DNA of 64,000 nucleotides from positions 104,346,001 to 104,410,000 of the forward strand of contig OX597822.1 of assembly GCA_951406725.2 (NCBI GenBank), read 5' to 3'. This document shows positions 26,787-40,211 of the stretch, in pieces. A program made the position numbers and the translations under genes. Each line of letters starts with the position of its first letter. Positions within the stretch are counted from its first letter, which is position 1. Below the pieces are notes generated by a model. The model was not told the DNA's origin and made no database searches. It saw only the letters and a list, made by a program, of their open reading frames with translations. Origin of the DNA: Octopus vulgaris (lineage: Eukaryota).

Positions 26787-27225
26787 TACGTTTGAATATT
26801 TGTTGTGCAAGATTTTTTATGTGAAGTCGTATATTGAAACAGATATTGTTATATTTCGGAATGGTCATATTGCCAGTTTAGCCAATAAAAACACACGCAC
26901 TATATATTTGGTGTTATTTTGCTTCAGTGTTATTTATAAATAAACATAGACGCACATAGAGATATAAGCATGCGCAAATGAAGACACATATAATGGAAAT
27001 ACAAAATGGCTGACAGTTAGTAAGGAGAGACACACAAATAAGAAAGAAGAAAACAAAGGACCACTGATGCGGTCACAGGAGTGTGACGAAAGAACTCTGG
27101 CCGAAATAAGATTAAGATTAATGTAAAGAATATATAACACTGAAGCAAAATAACACCAAATATATAGTGCGTGTGTTTTAATTGGCTAAACTGGCAATAT
27201 GACCATTCCGAAATATAACAATATA
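26787..27225. mobile_element. Penelope-like inverted-repeat element
   Basis: ~90-bp arms 26845-26933 / 27135-27225; hammerhead-like motif in the spacer; terminus related to 35035-35230. Confidence 0.7.
27061..27100 (+). ncRNA. Hammerhead-like motif (A9 replaced by C)
   Basis: cca CTGATGC g gtcaca-ggag-tgtgac GAAAG aa CTC tgg. Confidence 0.6.
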
Positions 27226-27623
27226 TCTTTATATATAAAAGTGAAGTTGTGTGTCTGTCTCCTACGATTTAGATTCCTAACTACTCCCACATTTTGCGGT
27301 GCAGTTTAACCAAAACCGGGTATCTTATAGTCGTGATTCATATCGAGCCCTTTTGGGTATTAGCGCGCGTCTACGATGAGTCTACGATTTTAAAAATAAT
27401 TTACCATCATTTGTTTTCCTTTTTAATGCATTTTTTCGCTATTATATACGGGAAGTAACTCTCTAAAAATGTCTACGATGAGTCAACGATTTAAAAAAAA
27501 AATTACCATAATTTTTTTCCATTTTTAATGCATTTTGTTGCTATTTTTTGGCTATAACTCTCTAAAAATGCTTATATAGTTATTTCCCTTACAAACCCGA
27601 GCAACGCCAGGCGATACTGCTAG
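27226..27623 (+). mobile_element. Non-autonomous Helitron
   Basis: TC start, subterminal hairpin plus CTAG; homologous to 6894-7405; internal tandem duplication. Confidence 0.85.
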
Positions 27624-28008
27624 TATATATATATATATATCAGTACTAAGACAGATATACACTCGTAGATTTGAAATATATAATGACATGGAGCAAAAAA
27701 TACAGATTACAAAATGAAGAAAAAAGAAACAAAAGAGAAGAGAAAGATTACGTAAAGTCTTTTACATAATTCTTCTCTTCTGTTCTGTGTTTCTTTCTTC
27801 ATTTGCTGATTTATATTTTGCGCTACATTTAAATATACGCCTAAAGCTTAACGAATTTATCTTTCTAACTACCTCCATAGCAGCTTGATATAGATTGTTC
27901 TTATGGATAAATTTCGATGCCGAACTGCTGGGTCTGGATGAAAAAATCGGGGTTTAAGTTCTCATCCAGGTTAGCACTATACTAACCTTATTTTTCACCG
28001 ATTCTCTC

Positions 28009-28056
<48 letters not shown>

Positions 28057-28537
28057 ACTGAAAGACAGACACACAGACACACACATACACGCACTCTCAC
28101 ACACTCATGTTTATGAAAGTTAGCCATCATTGATTTGGTAGCTCTATCACGTTTTGCTGTTGACAAGAGTGGACATAGATGCACTCTTCATTTTTGGCTA
28201 AACAGAATATCAAAGATGTAACAGGTGTAGGAAGAGGGGAGAGAGAGAGGGAGTTAGAGAGAGAGTGAGGGAGAGAGAGAGAGAGAGAGTGGGAGAGAGA
28301 GAGAGAGAGAAAGAGAGAGGTGTACCATCAATCGGCTCGATCGACGTGGAATGAAGTGCTTTGTTAAAGGTCACAATACACACCGTTTGATTCTGCAGCC
28401 GAACTCACACTCGGTAGGCCACCACCCTGCCCACCAGGCCGAGCGTCAACTACACACACACACACCACACAAGCAATCACAAACATACAAATACACATAT
28501 TTACATATATGTAGGTATCTATACATATGTATGTACG

Positions 28538-28589
<52 letters not shown>

Positions 28590-28590
<1 letters not shown>

Positions 28591-28958
28591 TAGCAGTATC
28601 GCCCGGCGTTGCTCAGGTTTGTAAGGGAAATAACTATAAAGCATTTTTAGAGAGTTATAGCCAAAAAATGGAAAAAAATGATGGTAAATTTTATTTTGAG
28701 ATTAAAAAAAGGTGGAGTTGCGTCCTCTAGACAGTTTGTGGTTTGTGTTTCTGCTTCTCGACCCCATGTCGAATTTATCGATTTTTTCAGAACTGGGGGA
28801 ACTTTTCAAAATTTTCGCTGCGTTAGTTTTGAATTATGACATTGGGCTATGTGTGTGTCAAGTTTCATCAGAATCGGTTGAAAGCCGTGGCCAGGGTAAG
28901 GGTACAAGCAAACAGACACACAGAAACACGCACAGACAAACTGCCGTTTATATAGAGA
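28590..28958 (-). mobile_element. Non-autonomous Helitron (different 5' part, same 3' end)
   Basis: ctagcagtatcgcccggcgttgct at left; reverse complement starts TCTCTATATAAA. Confidence 0.8.
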
Positions 28959-29060
28959 TATATATATATATATATAGTTAATCCAAACAAGAAAACACAG
29001 AAAAAAAGAGAAAAAAAACACAGCAACGCAGGACGTGGAACAATTAAAGTATTATTGACG

Positions 29061-29113
<53 letters not shown>

Positions 29114-29268
29114 TATGTACTTATACATACATCTATATCTATTCATATGTATTTTGTATGTATGTGTGTATGCATACGTACATACATACATACGTATATA
29201 TATATATGTATGTATGCATGTATATATGTATGTGTATATATATATATATTTATATATATATATGTTTG

Positions 29269-29299
<31 letters not shown>

Positions 29300-29302
29300 G
29301 TT

Positions 29303-29347
<45 letters not shown>

Positions 29348-29372
29348 GTATGTATATATAAATATATTGTGT

Positions 29373-29406
<34 letters not shown>

Positions 29407-30250
29407 ATATATATACTTATATATAAGTCTGGTTCAAATTGTAAACAATTGCCTTTAATTGCGAGCGTATTTGTAGTGTAGTTGTGGCCATTACAAGAGT
29501 TACCTCCCTTATGATCAGTTATCACATTTAGAAATGCCGACAAGAAGCAAAAGTCGGAAGGAAATGCATCGAGTTGAAAGCACCGAAATTTCATGTAGGA
29601 AACACCGAGATGGCATCAAACATGCAATTGTGTGGAGAGAGAAGTGTGTTTGAATATTCTAATTTATTACATGGAATCGCCCATTAAATAGTCATGTTCC
29701 TTTGAGCAAGAGACTCAAGTGTCTGATGTCAGGCCTTGAAACATAAAGAAACGATTCATGTTAAATTGTTACTTACGCATGTTTGTTTATGTAAGGCAAA
29801 ACATCTTGATTTTCTGGAAACTATTTATATCTGATATCCGTAACATTTACTTCTTCGTAGAATTCCATAGTTCAACGACTATGAAGTGAGAGAAATCTTA
29901 AAATCTCGACGTATGATTTTTCTTTTCTCTTTTGCTTCAGATAATAAAGAACAGAGAAAGTAGATTGCGTTGTCGCTTAGGTTGCGGATAAATAATAAGT
30001 GGAAGAAAGTACTGGAGTTGGAAGGAGAAGTATTCGTAGAGATTGGGTGGGGACGAATAATGTGAGAGATGTGGCAATGAGAGGATAAACTATCTGGGGA
30101 ATGAAGGGAACGAAACCAAGTATTGTAGGGTGAACGTAAGGAAAGTAACATTGTAGAGGAAGTTGCTATACTCAGATAAACCGGGAGGAAACGCACGGAG
30201 TTGAAAACAAGACAGAAAGAAAGGGAAGCGGTACGTAGAAATTGATATAT

Positions 30251-30851
30251 AAGGCGGCGAGTTGGCAGAAACGTTAGCACGTATGGCGAAATGCTTAGCG
30301 GTATTTCGTCTGCCGCTACGTTCTGAGTTCGTATTCCGCCGAGGTCGACTTTGCCTTTCATCCTTTCGGGGTCGATAAGTTAAGTACCAGTTACGCACTG
30401 GGGTCGATGTAATCGACTTAATACCTATGTCTGTCCTTGCTTGTCCCCTCTATGTTTAGCCCTTGTGGGTAGTAAAGAAATAGGTATTTCGTCTGCCGCT
30501 ACGTTCTGAGTTCATATTCCGCCGAGGTCGACTTTGCCTTTCATCCTTTCAGGGGTCGATAAATTAAGTACCAGTTACGCACTGGGGTCGATGTAATCGA
30601 CTTAATACCTATGTCTGTCCTTGTTTGTCCCCTCTGTGTTTAGCCCCTTGTGGGTAGTAAAGAAATAGGTATTTCGTCTGCCGCTACGTTCTGAGTTCAT
30701 ATTCCGCCGAGGTCGACTTTGCCTTTCATCCTTTCGGGGTCGAATAAATAAGTACCAGTTATGCACTGGGGTCGATATAATCGACTTAATCAGTTTGTCT
30801 GTCCTTGTTTGTCCTCTCTGTGTTTGGCCCGTTGTGAGTAGTAAAGAAATA
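30251..30851 (+). mobile_element. SINE family A: head plus three bodies
   Basis: 17-bp TSD ggtacgtagaaattgat (30230-30246 / 30852-30868). Confidence 0.92.
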
Positions 30852-31223
30852 GGTACGTAGAAATTGATGATTTTCTTGGACAACTGTGAAAATCAAAGTG
30901 ACGTAGTTATTCATGCAGATTCCAACGTTAATATGCTAATTGCTGCAGCATTTTCTCTTTGGAGAATAACTTTTCCTCTTACACAACTGTATATTCATAA
31001 GACACTGAATTCACTACGGTAAGAGGTCTTTTGGACAACGGTGTTTCGGCTTTGCTGTTTGTCTCGTAAGCCAATCTTACAGTGCACCATGTGACTAATA
31101 AGATTTTTAGCACTTGTTTAAAGAATTCAGTTAACGAAAGCATTTACTGATTGGTTCTGATGTCTAATAACCGATAACAGATAATCGTTTGTACTGTGAA
31201 CAACGAGAGAGAAAATGGTGACA

Positions 31224-31927
31224 TACGAGATCTGATCAATAAGTATTCGGTCTGTTGCCATAGTAACGAAATTAATGGACGTCGAGTGAAGCCGCTTGAC
31301 ACAGATTGACCTTGACCTCTGTTGTTCTAACTCACATCTTCTATTTACAGCAATGCTTGGAAGGAAGGTGTGTAACGTGATTGTCGCATTGATCACGACA
31401 GAAAAAGTTGTCAATACCTGCTCAGAGGCTTACGCAAAGTTGCTGAAAGTGTATGGAGAGGAGTGTATGTGTCGCACACAAGTGTACGAGTGGTCCAGAG
31501 TTTCCAAGATGGCCGAAAAATGTCGATAGTGACGAACGTTCCGGGAGACCAGCAACCAGCAAAACTGAGAAAAACATCACAGATGTACGAGTGGAAATCG
31601 TCGTATCTCCATCTGTGAGTTATCAGAGGATGCGCAGATTAGTTACGGTTCAGTTCAGTCCATTATTACTGAAGATTCGCGAATGAGACGCGTGTCTGCA
31701 AATTTGATGCAGATTCTCTGTTCAACTTTCTCTGTCATGGTCAATGCGACGATCATACGTTACAGACGTTACTTCCAAGTACTGCTGTAAGCAGCAGAAG
31801 AGAGCTAGAACGTGAAATCTTAGTGTGCATGCATAGAAGAGTTGAAGGTCAATCTATACCAAGCGGCTTTACTCTGCGTGTTTTAGCTTCGTTACTATGA
31901 CAACAGTCCGGATACTTATTGATCGGA
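31224..31927 (+). mobile_element. Internally deleted mariner with long (~190 bp) TIRs
   Basis: tctgatcaataagtattcgg / ccggatacttattgatcgga; peptides VYGEECMCRTQVYEW and DERSGRPATS. Confidence 0.8.
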
Positions 31928-32300
31928 AAAGTACATAATCGAACGTGAATACGCTAATTGACCTCTTTTTCATTTCGCCTCTGAAGAACAACTTTTTTCA
32001 GACTACGTGTGCTCACAACACACCTGATTCACGCAGGAATATAAATTCTTAATTTTGGACTATGAAAATATATATCCAGTAGTAACAAGTTTCAAAGCTA
32101 ATACAAAGTTGTGCAATGACCATTACAACATATAAAAGTAGTTCAATAAAGTCTTGCTTAGAATAATGGCACAACGGTAGCTAATATGACTCCAGATCAG
32201 AAGACTGCATGTTCGAATCACATCGTGGTAAAATTGATTTTTCGAAGGTGGTACCCCCACTTCCCCAGCATGGTCATAACTGACAGGGTGAAACAAGTAA

Positions 32301-32945
32301 AAGGTGGTGAGCTGGCAAAATCGTTAGCACGCCGGTCGAAATGCTTAGCGGTATTTCGTCTGCCGCTACGTTCTGAGTTCAAATTCCGCCGAGGTCGACT
32401 TTGCCTTCCATTCTTTCGAGGTCGATTAAATAAGTACCAGTTACGCACTGGGGTCGATATAATCGACTTAATCCGTTTGTCTGTCCTTGTTTGTTCTCTC
32501 TGTGTTTAGCCCCATTGTGGGCAGTAAAGAAATAGGTATTTCGTTTGACTTTAAGGCGGCGAGCTGGCAGAAACGTTAGCACGCCGGGTGAAATGCTTAG
32601 CGGGATTTCGTCTGCCGCTACGTTCTGAGTTCAAATTCCGCTGAGGTCGACTTTGCCTTTCATCCTTTCGGGGTCGATTAAATAAGTACCAGTTACGCAC
32701 TGGGGTCGATATAATCGACTTAATCCGTTTGTCTGTCCTTGTTTGCCCTCTCTGTGTTTAGCCCCTTGTGAGTAGTAAAGAAATAGGTATTTCGTCTGTC
32801 TTTACGTTTTGAATTCAAATTCCGCCGAGGTCGACTTTACCTTCTCGGGCTCGATAATTTAAACACCAGTTGCGTACTGGGGTCGTTCTAATCAACTGGA
32901 TTCCTTCTCCAAAATTTCGAGCCATGTTCCTACAGTAGTAAAGAA
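32301..32945 (+). mobile_element. Nested SINE family A cluster (A1 copies inside an A2-tailed host)
   Basis: Full-length copy 32553-32785 flanked by ggtatttcgtttgacttt / ggtatttcgtctgtcttt. Confidence 0.88.
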
Positions 32946-32960
32946 TATTTAATGCACGTT

Positions 32961-33123
32961 AAGGCGGCGAGCTAGCAGAATCATTAACACGTTAAGAAAA
33001 ATGCTTAGCGGCAATTCGTCCGTCTTTATGTTCTGAGTTCAAATTCCACCGAGGTTGAATTTGCCTTCATTCTTTCGGGTTCGATTAAATATGTACCAGT
33101 TGAACACTGGGATGAATGTAAAC
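32961..33123 (+). mobile_element. SINE family A, cut by a mariner insertion
   Basis: aaggcggcgagctagcag head and centre; ends at the mariner TA. Confidence 0.8.
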
Positions 33124-33125
33124 TA

Positions 33126-33681
33126 TTGGGTTGTCCGGAAAGTTCGTGCCGATTTATAGTAGTTTACCTTTCGAGTTATTTTAGAACATGGTTGGGTTCA
33201 TAAAATAGGATTTGATTACACCTCAATTTAGAGCACAGTTTAAGCTATCTTTTCGTGGAAGAAGGTTTATGTTCCTTTAACCTGTGTTAATTCTGTAACC
33301 CTTTAAAATGGAAGATAAGAAAGTTCATTTTCGGCACTTGATACTTTGGGAACCAGACAAAAATTGCTGGAGCTCAGCTCGGATGTGTTATCCCACCCTC
33401 CATATTCACCAAATACTGCTCCTTCGGATTTCCACTTATTCAGGTCTCTGCAGAATAGTATTAATGGTAAAAATTTCAATTCCTTGGATGACGTAAAAAG
33501 ATACCTTGATGAATTCTTTGCCATGAAACCACCTCAATTCTGGGAAGAGGGTATTTTCAAGTTTAAGGAAAGATGGAGACGCTTTGTGCAACAAAATGGT
33601 TCATATTTGGTTGTAATGGCAAGTATTTATTGACCATTTTCTTTACTTTAAAAATCGGCACGAACTTTCCGGACAACCCAA
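33126..33681 (+). mobile_element. Internally deleted mariner with perfect ~30-bp TIRs
   Basis: TA-ttgggttgtccggaaagttcgtgccgattt ... aaatcggcacgaactttccggacaacccaa-TA; N-terminus MEDKKVHFRH fused to HPPYSPNTAPSDFHLF. Confidence 0.93.
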
Positions 33682-33983
33682 TACTTTTCCCCTCCACCGA
33701 ATTTATTGAAGCCAATAAGCCTATATTAAATGCACGTTCGGTTAACAACTGCTTTACAATATTTTATCATGTAGCTGACTGCTTTTTTACATTTTCAACT
33801 GTTGCATGCTTTGCCGGTGTTCTGCTGAGAATTAACATTTCGTTTCTTTAACAACGGTAAATGTACTTTTAGTGCTTTTCTTTTCAACATAATTGATACT
33901 AAGATTATATTGCTACTAAACATCTACATATTGACTTGCTTCGCTTTACTATTATTTCATTATATTACTGTACGTTATAATAT

Positions 33984-34295
33984 CACGTGACTGATCACGT
34001 GACCGACCAGACCATCAGATGTTGCTACACATCGCTGGTCACAATGCGTTCGCATTGTTTTAGCCTTCGAATGACGCCACCCTGCTGGCTAAGCGAGCAG
34101 GCCAACAGACGAAAGAGTGAGAGAAAGAGTGGTGAAAGAGTACAGCAGGGATCACCACCATCCCCTGCCGGAGCCTCGTGGAGCTTTTAGGTGTTTTCGC
34201 TCAATAAACACACACAACGCCCGGTCTGGGAATCGAAACCGCGATCCTCCGACCGCGAATCCGCTGCCCTAACCACTGGGCCATTGCGCCTCCAC
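33984..34295 (-). mobile_element. SINE family C (tail 2)
   Basis: 12-bp TSD acgttataatat (33972-33983 / 34296-34307). Confidence 0.9.
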
Positions 34296-34722
34296 ACGTT
34301 ATAATATATTAACACAAGACACATTTCTCTCGATCGGTTTGCATCACTGCGAATGAGATGCGCTTAATTTCTCACTTCACTCAAACGTAGGTAGAATAAC
34401 GGTATTTACGAAGATATCGTGTTTAGTAACAGATACTAGCTGTATTAATAATGTATCGAAGTGTATTTAGACAGTAATTTTCATTGCTTTATGAGTGCAT
34501 TTGATTACATTTCAGCTTGGAGCTTGCTCCATTTTACGTATTCTTCTGTTGACGTTCGAGCTTCCTTCATGTTGTATGTCTTGCCATACTTATTCCCACA
34601 TGCATACCGTATATATATATATATTTATGCATATACTCTAAAGGGGTGTATGATAAAAATGATATTAAATCATTGTAAAACATGCTATTTTAAAGATAGC
34701 GTGCTTGCACCAGCATATGTAT

Positions 34723-34770
<48 letters not shown>

Positions 34771-34775
<5 letters not shown>

Positions 34776-34957
34776 AACACCAGGACTTACAAACACATAT
34801 AACATACAGAAAATTGCACTACTAGGCACTGCACACATCCTACGCAGAACACTTTCCATGCAATAACCATCAGAGCATCACAACAAATCACAGCACATAC
34901 CCAAGGCACACAGAGCTGCGCTCGGTAGTGAAGTGAAAGCACGCTATAAAAATAAAA

Positions 34958-34960
<3 letters not shown>
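34771..34960 (+). mobile_element. 3' end of an R4/Dong-like (RLE) non-LTR retrotransposon within (TAA)n
   Basis: Encodes IQKIALLGTAHILRRTLSMQ-stop; (TAA)n on both sides. Confidence 0.75.
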
Positions 34961-35033
<73 letters not shown>

Positions 35034-35098
35034 TTTCGTTTTTGGATTTGGTTTGCAAGATTCTTTATATGAGTTTGTGTGTTGAAGTATATTGAAGA

Positions 35099-35135
35099 CT
35101 ATTGAAAAGGTTGCAAGACGCAACGAAAATTTTAG
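35099..35135 (+). ncRNA. Minimal hammerhead candidate, U3-A8 core
   Basis: cta TTGAAAA g gttgc-aagac-gcaac GAAAA TTT tag; lies in element 35035-35230. Confidence 0.5.
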
Positions 35136-35227
35136 GAAAATAAAAATAAAAAATAAGTGGAAATTTTACCGGTGAGTGTGTTACATTATAAGGCATAATA
35201 AGAAAATGACTCTCCCCAGACACAACA

Positions 35228-35294
<67 letters not shown>

Positions 35295-35333
35295 TTGAAA
35301 ATATGATATACAGGCATACATGTGTATATATAT

Positions 35334-36035
35334 CTTCTTCTTAATTCTTTCCCCCCCCCTTGTGGAGCATAGGGCCTCAACAGTTGTTTTCCACTTTTTA
35401 AGGTCATTGGCGTGTTTCTTGCCTGCTTCCCATGTCAGGCCGGTGGTCCTGAGCTCGTCCAAAATGCTCCGCTTCCATGTCTGCTTCGTGCGACCTCGCT
35501 TCCGTTTCCCCTGCGTGTTCCAGTTAAGTGCTTGTCGTGTCACATTTGAGGGTCCTTTCCGCAGTGTAAGTCCGATCCATCTCCATTTCCTTCGTCTAAT
35601 CTGAACATGTATGGGCTCCTGGTTAGCCCTTTCCCACAGGTCGGCGTTTGGTACTCTGTCGAACCACTTCAGATGGAGGATCTGCCGGAGACATTTGTTG
35701 ATGAAGGTCTGGATCTTCTTGTAGTTGCTGCAGGTGGCTCTCCATGTTTCAGAGCCATACAAAAGCACAGATTTTACGTTTGAACTAAATAAGCGGAGTT
35801 TAGTTCGAGTTGAGATGGCGGCGGACTTCCATACCGGCCGAAGAATAGCGAAGGCTTGCTAAGCCTTCTTGTTTCTTGCCGTGATGTCCTCGTCTGATCC
35901 ACCTGATTTGCTGATCTTGCTGCCAAGATAGACAAACTCACTAACGTCCTCCACAGGCGCCCCCTCGATTGTGATTGGCCCTTCCTACTTGTTATTGATA
36001 CGCAGTACTTTTGTCTTCTCCCGGCTGATCCTCTA
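35334..36035 (-). mobile_element. RTE-clade LINE, 5'-truncated (RT C-terminus)
   Basis: LLYGSETW...FINKCLRQIL...RRRKWRWIG...ALNWNTQGKRKRGR...ALCS; (AAG) tail. Confidence 0.9.
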
Positions 36036-36313
36036 AACACATCTATAAACACATGTGCGAGTACAAGGATGTCTGCCAACCGAGAATTCCTGAACTTACT
36101 GATTAAAATAGAAATTCAGGAGTTGTGATCGAGGAATTAATATCATTGCAACTAATCGAAAAATTCTAAAACATTTCAATAAATGAGGGGAAAATTTTAT
36201 ATCTAATAATAGTCGATATACATGTTAATTGGTTACTTAGTTAGTTGGTATCTTTAGTCACGTATTACATCGTATAGAGAAAGGCGAGAGAGAGTGAGTG
36301 AGAGAGAGAGAGA

Positions 36314-36353
<40 letters not shown>

Positions 36354-37246
36354 AAAAGTCGATATAAAGAGAGTTAGCAAAAGAGGTGTAGGATGAGTGT
36401 CTTGTAGCTAACAGAAAAAATATACAAAGTTTTAAATGAAATTTTGAAGCCATAGGTTTTCGACAGGGAGTAAATTGCAGTTATTTTGATAAAATTTAGA
36501 GAAATACTAAAGTGCAGTAATTGCAAATATATAAATGAGAAATTGATTTTATTTAGTTTTCTATTAAAGTCATGAATATATTTATTTTGAAATGTAGTAT
36601 TCATTTCATCATTTTGTAGAAGCACCAAGAAGTTTGTTAAAAGTTAAATTATAATTATCGCATGGACGCTATATTCACTGATATCCTCGGTGACAAAAGT
36701 ACACATCCAAAGTTAACCATTTTATGATAAGTAACAAACCAGTATACTTACAAACACACACACACACACACACACACACATACGTACACACACACGCAGA
36801 CACACTCACGCACACATGTCATACGACGCAGAGTAGATAAACGAAACATTTAAATAGTTAAATCAAAGGATATTAAAGTGAAAAAACTGCACCGGTATTA
36901 TAGAAGCATTTCTTATGCAGAGTCAGAAATCCGGGATCTGGAATTATCCAATAATTTTTTTCCTTGTTGATTTTGTCTCTTTGTCTTCTCTCCTAGTGCT
37001 GTATGAACATTTAATGTGGTTTTAGAGTCAAGTTTCGACTGCTATATCTAGCATGTTGTTATCTTTTAGATACCCTTAATTATAATTTTAATAATAATTA
37101 TTACCTATGAAGCTTTTATTCCCATGCTGGCCACCTGATATGATCGGTATTTTAAATAACGATCTTATTCTTTTTTATATAAATATATATATATATATAT
37201 GCATATATGCATACATATATGTATATATGCATATATACATATATCT

Positions 37247-37450
37247 TTTATCTTTTATCTTTTACTTGTTTCAGTCATTTGACTGCGGCCATGCTGGAGC
37301 ACCGCCTTTAGTCGAGCAACTCGACCCCGGGACTTATTCTTTTTGTAAGCCCAGTACTTATTCTATCGGTCTCTTTTGCCGAACCGCTAAGTGACGGGGA
37401 CGTAAACACACCAGCATCGGTTGTCAAGCAATGCTAGAGGGACAAACACA

Positions 37451-37518
<68 letters not shown>

Positions 37519-37679
37519 CATATATACGACAGGCTTCTTTCAGTTTCCGTCTACCAAATCCACTCACAAGGCATTGGTCGGCCCGGGGCTATAGCAGAAG
37601 ACACTTGCTCAAGATGCCACGCAATGGGAATGAACCCAGTACCATGTGGTTGGTTAGCAAGCTACTTAGCACACAGCCG
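37247..37679 (-). mobile_element. SINE family B
   Basis: Matches 8060-8466. Confidence 0.9.
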
Positions 37680-38089
37680 TATATGCATGTGTGTCTGTGT
37701 GTATGCGTGCGTGTGCGTGCGTGCATGCGGATGAGTTTGTGTGCGCGTATGCGTGTGTGAGTGTGTAATATGTGGTGTTTCGCGAAATTTACGGCCCTTA
37801 GTGTCTAAAGCAAGCAAGTCACGTTCTGAAATGTTGGTTTGTTGCGTATACGTTATATTTGAAATATGATTTAATTGCTTCAGTATTTCCATTGACATAT
37901 TTTATATTCATATTTCATTTTTTAGTCTAATAAATTTATTTGTTAAACGATCCGCTTGTTTATTCTTAGATTTAGGAAAGCTTCATTAATGATATTTAAA
38001 ATTGTTTACTTCTTTTTCAGTAGCAATTACTGCTTGTAGTTATGCGAAAAATATATATATGTCCTGTTATTTTTATTATAATAATAATA

Positions 38090-38155
<66 letters not shown>

Positions 38156-38159
38156 GTTT

Positions 38160-38420
38160 TTTCGTATTACTTTTGTATTTATATTCGTGTAACATCGTAC
38201 GTTTTTCCGTCCTTGTTTCGTATACATTCAAAGCTCTTTTCCAAGGAATCTAATGCTCTTAGCTTAGTTTTTCCCTGGGGCTGGGCAGATTGGAGCAATC
38301 TCGAGAATAATCAGCCGAGATTGCGAGGATGATCCGGTTCTTGACTGAAGATTAAAGGCTTCGACTGACCTGTCCGTGTTTTTTGTATCGTCTTCTGGAT
38401 GTTTTGCGTTCTTGTCCCAT
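38160..38420 (+). mobile_element. Unclassified dispersed repeat
   Basis: Related to 11831-12120 on the opposite strand; flanked by microsatellites. Confidence 0.45.
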
Positions 38421-38565
38421 TTATATACATATATATACGTGTGTGTCTGTGTTTATATATTCATTTTTCTCCCTCTGTTTCTATACATGTATCTATCTAT
38501 GTATCAATGTATGTATGTATGTATGTATGTATGTATGTATGTATGTATGTATGTATGTATGTATG

Positions 38566-38622
<57 letters not shown>

Positions 38623-39284
38623 GTCTGTCTGCTGTCTGCTTGCCTGTCTGTCTGTCTATCAATATGTGTGTGTGTGTGTGTGTGTGTTTATGATTATAAC
38701 TGAAACATTTAGATACCGACTAAAATTAACAAGATCATTCAAACCTAAATCTTAAAAACCTAAACGTAAAACAAAGGTTGCTGAGTTCGTTTGTAGCAGT
38801 GAAAATATTTTGATTGAATAAAAAAAAAAAATGAAAATTTCAGATCTGAAGTAGGAGTTGACATATTCTACCTATTTCAAAGCTTTTATTGTAAATTTCC
38901 CGAAAATAGTATTGAAATTAAGAAACAAAAATGAAATATATTAAACCATTCATAAATATCTATTGAATATATTAATGTGAATATATAGTTGAAATATGAT
39001 TCCATTTTTATACTTAGCAACTATTTTGTAGGAACGAAAGCTAACGTCATTATGATTTCGTTGAGTCACATGTCTTCTAAGGAATTGTATGAGGAAAAGA
39101 TCTGTTGAATATTTACAATGAAAAGAGTCAAGACCAAAACGGGTGTATTCTTAGAGGCATCGATAAATTCTCTCTCTTGCTGACTCTCTATTTCTGTCTG
39201 TCTCTCTCTGTCTTTTTGTTTCTCTCTCTCTCTCTCTGTCTCCCTCTCTCTATATGCGTGCATGTGTACGTGTGTGCGTATGCG

Positions 39285-39496
39285 TCGCCATGATAGATCG
39301 TTAACCACTACAAACATTTTTTCTCTCCTTTTTTCTCTCCTTTTTTTCTCTCCTTGTTTTTTCTGTGTCCCTTTCTGTAGAAAAGCGTAGGCTCGAAACG
39401 TAAAAGACTTTTTCTATTCCTGAGCGTTATACTAATACATCTGTTTGTTTTGTACACCATCTGTCTTCGTCCTTTGTTTTTTCGTAGACTCTCTCT
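39285..39496 (+). mobile_element. HHR element family H2 (~210 bp)
   Basis: Homologous to 60960-61150 and 61186-61398. Confidence 0.8.
39371..39406 (+). ncRNA. Hammerhead-like motif, A6U core
   Basis: cttt CTGTAGA a aagc-gtag-gctc GAAAC GTA aaag. Confidence 0.55.
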
Positions 39497-40211
39497 ATGT
39501 ATGTGTATATGTGTGTGTGTGCATGTATATATGTATGTGTGCCTGTGCTTGTATCTGTTTGTGTTTGTTCGTATGTGTGTGCGTGTGCGTGTGTGTGTGA
39601 GTATATTAGTGTGTATGTGCGTGTGTGCGTGTGTGTATTTCTGTGTATGTGTTTGTGATTGTATGCTTGCGTGTGTGTGTGTGTGTATGTATATGTATGT
39701 GTGCTTATGTGAGTGTCAGTGTGCTTGTGTGTATTTGTGTTTATGTGTGAGTATGTTTGTGCTTGTGTGTTCGTGTGCATTTGTGTGTGTATGTTTATGT
39801 GTGTTTCTGTGTACACAACGGGCTTTGTGGTTGGGAAACAACGCCTATACATACATATTAACCTTTGATTTTCAGTCAAATTTTCTCTAAACACATTTCA
39901 ACATTAAACTGATGAATCACTCGATACTTTTTTGGAGAGCACATATTTATTAAATTTTATATGAAAATGGATAACAGTGACTTCAGCGTTCCGGTTCGCT
40001 CGCCTATACCTGACAGCCTAATAACGGTGCATGCAATCCGAAACTCTGAAATCACTGTCAAATTTTTCAACCCTCTCTCCATCGATCGATCGATCGATCC
40101 ATTCATCCATCCATCCATCCACCCACACATATTCAGGGCATTTGGACTACATAAATTGTCTGTATGAAAGGAAAAGAAAACAATATTCCCCCCACACAAA
40201 ATATAAGTAGC

